The position numbers and the translations under genes were made by a program. This document shows, piece by piece, positions 57,545 to 64,000 of a stretch of DNA of 64,000 nt. The notes below the pieces were generated by a model. It saw nothing but the letters and a program-made list of their open reading frames with translations, was not told the origin of the DNA and did no database searches. Source of the stretch: Iphione sp. A-MEVVRFRX5 (lineage: Eukaryota); NCBI GenBank assembly GCA_976226885.1, contig OZ320313.1:52204001-52268000 (forward strand), given 5' to 3'. Position 1 is the first letter of the stretch, and each line of letters begins with the position of its first letter.

Positions 57545-58640
57545 GATCCAGACAGATGGTTGATGTAGATGTTGATGTTGATGTAGAAGACTACCTACAC
57601 GTTCAGAGTTGAATAAACAATGGTGTGTCAAGTCATGCACACGTTTGGAAATCACTCAGCTATATTTCAATACAGGAACCTAGTTTTTTATTTCAAGGAC
57701 TTAGATGTTTTTATCTTTATACATTTGTGATATATATATATATATATTTATGATATATGTATTCGGAAATGAGGGCAGTGAAGCTTCAGGAGAAGGACAG
57801 GCGGGCTGATTCTATTCAGGCAAAATGTGTACAGAGTGGTTGACTCTGATTGGTTGAGTAATAAATCAATAATCAAGCAGAAAGCACAGGTAAAGGAGGA
57901 AGTGAGAGAAGAAGTGTACCTGTGGACCAGACATACTCATACAAAGTGCAACTAAGAATCCAGACATGTAGGTCCAAGGTATAGCAGATAGGGACGTGGC
58001 AAAGGGATATCAAAGAGACGTGGATGCTATTACAGAGGTGGAAGTACCATGTACAGACAAGCAGTTAAAACGGCGAAGATATGATAACGGTATGGAATAA
58101 ACGTATAGATATGAGAAGGTATAGTATCGGGTATAAAAATTAATGAAGGATACTGAAAGATACAAACACTGTAAAATATTGTTGATCCCCCTGAATTTTC
58201 TTAAACGTTTACGTATTGCTCTAAACATCTCTTGTATTTTGTTTGATACAATGGTTACCTACAAGTTTTCACCTCCAAGGTTCATGCAAACACTAACCAA
58301 ACTGAACTTCTGAGACGTTCCACGGCCCGGTTTCCATACCTGCGTTGCTGTCAATGTGCGTGACTGTCCATGACCATGCCTTTTTATTGAACATGTTGAT
58401 ATCAATGAGGGCTGTCTTTTGACTGCGAGTTCAGGAGCTTGCTGGAGCCATCCCATTTTCATATTCATTTTCGGTACTTGCTCAATAATTTCCACAAACA
58501 TGCACACTAACACACAGTAGTATACTGCAGACTATCTTTGAATCAGGTGAAAATAAGTTTTCAGCTGAATAGACACTGTCTTTTATATGATAGATGGTAT
58601 GAAATTTTATCTCATGTGCATATAATTTGCATAAATAACT

Positions 58641-58765
58641 CAGTTTACACAGATTTAGATGATATTCCTTGAGATCTACACATAAAACTCAGTTTACAAA
58701 GCACTGGACAAAATTCCTTGAGATCTTTGCAAACAAATCCTTGCAGTTTACACAGATTTGAACAG
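58641..58765. repeat. Degenerate about 50-bp tandem repeat; a related array lies at about 21335-21420
   Basis: CAGTTTACACAGATTT and ATTCCTTGAGATCT recur here. CAGTTTAACCAGATTT and ATTCCTTTGAGATC occur at 21380-21419. Confidence 0.65.
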
Positions 58766-58789
58766 AAAAAAAGACCTCCCTCTCTCTCT

Positions 58790-58813
58790 CTCCCCTCTCT
58801 CTCTGTCTCTGTT

Positions 58814-58850
<37 letters not shown>
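58790..58850. repeat. (CT)n/(GTCT)n compound microsatellite; similar runs at about 59790-59848 and 62877-62935
   Basis: Seen directly. Confidence 0.9.
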
Positions 58851-59816
58851 GTTTTCTGCAAGTTTGTTTTTGGCTATGCAGTGCTGAATATTGCGATAGA
58901 GAACGGGATTGGGAATTTATCATCGTTTCTTTGGTATTTCCGGATGTTTTCACGGTATGTTCTCTAAATACTACAAGTTCTTAGTGTGGAACTTTACCAG
59001 TAATTGCTCCCAATGATTTCTGTCTTTTAAGATGTCTGCTACAATGCCAAGTAAGCTTGGTTGTTAGCCCTACGATAGGTATACCTCTGTTAACGAAAGA
59101 GATGCGTTGCTTGATATCACTTCATCGTGGGAAACCTTCTTATGAAAAGTACACTCTTACAGCATGAATATACATGGCCACCCATTTGGTATTTATTCCT
59201 AAATTGTTTGTCCTTACAGAAGTACGTCTCCATTGTTCTCCTTCCTTTACATTCAATTTCTTTCGGAAAGGTTCGAGGAAAGTCGTTTTGGGCCGCAAAC
59301 TCTCTATAAAATTAATCTTTGTTAGAAAAGAGCTCAATTCTCAGAGGATTCGTTAAAACTAATATAGCTGTATTTGTAAGCCCCACAGGACTCCGTCTAC
59401 TAAACAAGAATGACTGATGACTGTCATGTTCTAATGCACATGTCGCTTACTACGTTACTAGATATGCAGTGGTGCAAACCGCCGAAAACGTCACCAAAAT
59501 ACATGTACAGTAGTGAATGGAGGGATGAAGTCATGCACTCCATGTGTATCAGGAAGAGTGTTCCTGATACATCAGGATGAAGTGTTCTTGATATATGAAC
59601 ATATAGTCAACTGAGTTTATCTAGATGAAGTGTTCCTAATGTTTCAAGATGAAAGTAGTATGCATTCATTGTCAATGACTTATTGGCAGGTTCATGTCAC
59701 ATGACTGTGCTATACTAGCTTATAAACAGCACTGTTTTGTCATATAAAGGGGGAGACACCCTACAAACTAACACACATACACACACACTCTCTGTCTCTA
59801 TCTGTCTCTGTCTCTC

Positions 59817-59847
<31 letters not shown>

Positions 59848-62539
59848 GTGCAGTTGACATCTAAGTAAATATAACACTAGTGTGGACAAAATGTCCATCA
59901 GGAAATGTCTGTCTTCATTCCCGAGGAAATCCCAATCCCTGTGTCTAATATAAGACACTGAGCTGTGGTCTTGTGTCGGAATCGACGGTGGACAGGAGAC
60001 TGCTGTAACGTACTGGTTACAGGCATTATAGTTGCATATATGCCCAGAGATGCCTTGATTCTATATCACTGAGACATACCCCGGTACTATCCACGCAATA
60101 TGAGACGCACGGGCATAAGGAAACTGATCGGTTGTTTCCGATTTGAATTTCAATATCATACGTGGAATATGGATATCAAATGACTCCAATGTTTGTCTTG
60201 CAGGAGGCCCTGTTTTCGTCCGGCTTGATTATCCTCTGATTAATTCTGTTGTAAGCTGATTCTCAAACAACATCCATTACACAGTCGGCGAGTGTGCCTC
60301 TCCGTCTTATCTTCTGCGTACACAAGAGGACTGGTCAGCACCGAGGTTCCATTGCTAAAGCATTTCGTGGCCGACTAGTGTAGGTGACGGTGAAGGCTGC
60401 TGCTCTGCGGTGACTGCGTCATGTGTGAAGTGATTAAACATGCAAGCTATGCATCAAACTGTCTGTGTGTCTGGACCAACAGACCACTCGCCGATCAAAA
60501 AGTATCCCTTATCAGTATGTATTACTTAAAAGTTTCTATGGACAACTATAACACATGATAAAAACAATTCTTTGTATGTTTCTGAAGGGTACGTGTATTT
60601 CATTGATACTATGGCTTTTGCATGTACTATGGCAAGTATATCTGTCTATACAGATAAGTATGCACACGATCCAGACCTTTCAAGGTAGCTTTGCTAATAA
60701 TATCAAAATACTTTGTTTTTTTTTATAATTTCATCTCTAACATTTATTCTCCAGAACTGAACGAGCAATATATTTGAGATGTTATCACAATAAGCTAATA
60801 GTATCACGACGAGTCCAAATAGCTAACAAGCAGCTGGGAAATAACTGGACGAGGAGTCCCTTCCTGCCCTCGAACATCAGGTGAGACATCATCCTGGAGT
60901 GGGCGTTTGAAGATAGCTAACCTCTACCCAAAGGTCTTCTCGGTGGACAGCGTCTATTGAACGATGGGGCATATCACGCCACCTGGCCAGCATCGACTGC
61001 ATCACGTCAGACACGGGCACTTTTGCGACCATGGTAAAACCAGAGTGGGCGTGCGTAGCCTTTGTAGCCTTTCTGGCCCTGCCGACTGGAAGCCTCAAAA
61101 GGGCAGTACACACCGGATGAGATGACAGGCACTTGGCGGTAGGGCGGCTATCTTCAGAGTCTTCTCACCTTGTGTCTCCCAAACTACACTGTACTGCATC
61201 GCCAATGCCTACTATAGAAAAATTCCAACTACGGCCAAATGCTGTTTCTGTTGTTCGATACCTATCCCGTGGCATGCAACTGTAAGAAGATTTCAGTCGA
61301 ACCAAATTCATCTCCCAACCCGATCCGTTTTTTAAATACATATATATATATACAATATGTATACATGTGAAGGAGTCACTAAACCACTCGACAAGCTGTA
61401 TTGTCATGTCCTTACAATTGACCCATCGCTGGGAGGCTTCGACACTATCTCTCGCTTGTCTCTGATTGCAGACACTGCTAAAATCCTTAAGATTGTAAAT
61501 GAAAGTGTGATTGATACAATACAAAAAGTTCTGTGTTTTGGTTTTGCTTTACTAAGTCACGCTAAAATCCTTGTACATTCTCAGCTGAGTATTTGTACAC
61601 ACAAAAATTCAAGCTCGAAGACCCTTTGCCGAGGGGTGACCAGTTTTTCCAGGCAATGACAAGGGAGAGTTGGACAATAATATCCAAGCCTCACAACGAT
61701 GGGTGAATTAAGTCTATCTGCGCCACACCGCTACAGCTCAGGAGCAAGTTGTCCCTTTTGAGTGTCTCTGAGCTGGGCGTACCCAAATTTTGTGCATAGG
61801 CATAAACACACTGTAGACCCAGAGGCATTGCGAGCATACCACAGATCCAGAGGGCTATCGCCTCCTTGGTTCACTCAAAAGGCCTGACAGGGTATAGACC
61901 CTTCGTTCCCGCGGGGGGACGAAGGGCGACTGACATCTCACACTCAATCGACCCTGGAGGGGACGCCAGTCAAGGGCTGACGCCAGGTGTGTAAACCCTC
62001 CATGGCGACTGGGCCGGGAGGATTGCCACCTGGGGCATCTCTGTTGTTTGATCCAGTTGCCGCCTCATCCAATCAGACAGCGAGTGTCTTCTGAGACGGA
62101 GCCCAATCGTCTGTGGGGAGCACCCCAGTGGCAGCATGCAGGTTAGCCTTTAAAGAGGGCAGCTGCAGGGCTGTCGCCTGTCGGGGGAGGGGGACCACGG
62201 AGGATTAACCGCCGAACCATGGCTGCTTGTAACCTGGCTCTTCAGTGAGCTGCGGTGCACCTTTTCCCTAATGTCTAACACGTATAACCTATTAGGTAAT
62301 GAATACAGATGAGGTCCGTTTCTCTCAAACTGGGCGGGAAAGCAATTTATTGCACACGAGTTCGTACATATATGAGTAGGTTCTGGTGTAGGTAACGCAT
62401 ATAAACTAATGGTGGGGGGAAAACAGCTCTAGATGGGGCTGACCTTTTATTCGCCATGTATTTCGGCTCAGTTGGAAACTTTGCTAAAAACTTGAAAACC
62501 TAATAAAAGATGATAACGACGACGCGGACAACGACGACG

Positions 62540-62670
62540 NNNNNNNNNNNNNNNNNNNNNNNNNNNNNNNNNNNNNNNNNNNNNNNNNNNNNNNNNNNNN
62601 NNNNNNNNNNNNNNNNNNNNNNNNNNNNNNNNNNNNNNNNNNNNNNNNNNNNNNNNNNNNNNNNNNNNNN
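62540..62670. other. Assembly gap (N run), preceded by an (ACG)n-like repeat
   Basis: Run of N. Confidence 1.
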
Positions 62671-62877
62671 GGCTACAAAATTCAGTACATAACCCTCCAA
62701 ACGAAGCGCGAACGATAGGCGCGAGTGTGAATGCTCGGCAAAAAGACTGGCAGTACGTGATGAAATAAAAAAAACAGAGTCAAAAACATCTAACCCGAGC
62801 TCGTTCCCAACTACCAAGTGCTATGATTCCTTTCCCTCTAAGGCAAACCAAATCACTGGATCTTCAGTGCACGCCTT

Positions 62878-62912
<35 letters not shown>

Positions 62913-64000
62913 AATGTCTGTCTATCTGTCTGTTCGTCCACCTCTATCCATCCCTTTCACACACATACGTACACACACACGCACGCAGGCACAGACAATT
63001 GTCACACAGATAGTCAGCGTTTAATACCAGCGTTCACATGCCGGCCGGGCGGGGATCGTCGACGTCACCTTGCTTTGAAGAAGTCACCGGCGGCTGTGAG
63101 AAGGCTATTAGGCAGCTGACTACACAGACTTCAAACCCTTTGTTGCCGTCAGGTATCCGTAGGCAGAGAAAGAGATACTATGATAGACGGATGCAGTACG
63201 CAAACGCGGCAGCAGGCACAGACAACAAGCAAGAAAGCGGACAATCAAGAGCGCGAGACAGACCGACCGACATTCAGACAGAAAGATACAGATAGACAAA
63301 GGCAATATGTTTGGGAGTGTGCTTATGTCTGTCCCCTGGTGTCTTGACGTTTGAGCCTGGGCAAAGAGAACGATGTCTTTCTTGCATAGGGCATCAGCTT
63401 CCTCAGACAAAGGGTAGTCTTCTAGAATACCACATTTGCAATTTTAATTTGCCCACTGCGATAAGCTTTCTTGTCCCCTCCCCCTCCCTCCCCACCCAGA
63501 GCCCGAAATGAACGACCCCCAGCTCACCCACCCCATAAAGTCCACTATTTTCTATCCGTGCTATCTCCTATCTGCCTGAAACCGCGTTTCATCTCTTCCT
63601 CGCTTTCATCAAGGTACGCAAACTCACTACTTCCTGAAGACCGCCCCATCCCCCCCAAACCTCCCAGCCCTCAGGAAAGCAGGTCCTTCTGCTACACACT
63701 ACAACGACTGCTGAGGGCAACCAGAGAAAGTTCTGGGAAGAGGGACATTGGGCGGGTGATGGGGTTGAGGTCAGGGGGCCCCAGGTGGGTTCCAACGATA
63801 GGGGAATGACTGAAGAGAGCACGCCGAACCATGCCGGGGATGCAATAGGAGAGAAGGCAGTCGGGGGTGGTGAAGGGCAGACTGGGAAACTGGGGCTGGT
63901 CTTTTTGTTGGACGTCTACGGCGGCAGCTAGCGGCTGTCAAGTCGTCTGGTACCAAGGGACTGTATGAATCAACTACTTGACTGGCGGATGATGGATGGC

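Noticed and set aside
1-64000. Homeobox exon, Hox-associated miRNAs, snRNA, 5S or rRNA
   Set aside because: Searched by eye because of the motif-rich islands. No WFQNRR-type coding sequence or recognisable RNA gene was found. Short exons could have been missed.

Overview
Animal genomic DNA from a draft scaffold with three N-gaps. A marine invertebrate such as a cephalochordate, echinoderm or mollusc is likely, inferred only from the repeat types and the TACATGTA excess. I recognise no host protein-coding exon, rRNA, true tRNA or CRISPR array. The only convincing coding regions belong to transposons. One is a full-length pogo/Tigger DNA transposon (32101-34897; TA TSD, TIRs, intact 513-aa DD30D transposase, internal GC-rich minisatellite). 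The other is a young, 5'-truncated I-group non-LTR retrotransposon (51900-55162; RT, RNase H, C-terminal Cys/His motif, poly(A), 9-bp TSD). The window also holds a tRNA-derived SINE, two copies of a DINE-1/HINE-like element, several MITEs (pogo-, Harbinger- and hAT-like), a decayed LINE RT fragment, mini- and microsatellites, and CpG-rich motif-dense islands that look regulatory. Overall it reads as a giant intron or regulatory gene desert. The most notable observations are: (1) a textbook-like recursive splice site with an RS-exon on the minus strand at about 23.5 kb; (2) a Tigger element whose minisatellite is built from its own TIR core motif, next to an almost CpG-free transposase ORF; (3) a strong TACATGTA excess that fits iterated pogo/Tc1 excision footprints. 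All counts are manual readings and all family assignments are from recalled consensus features, not database searches.
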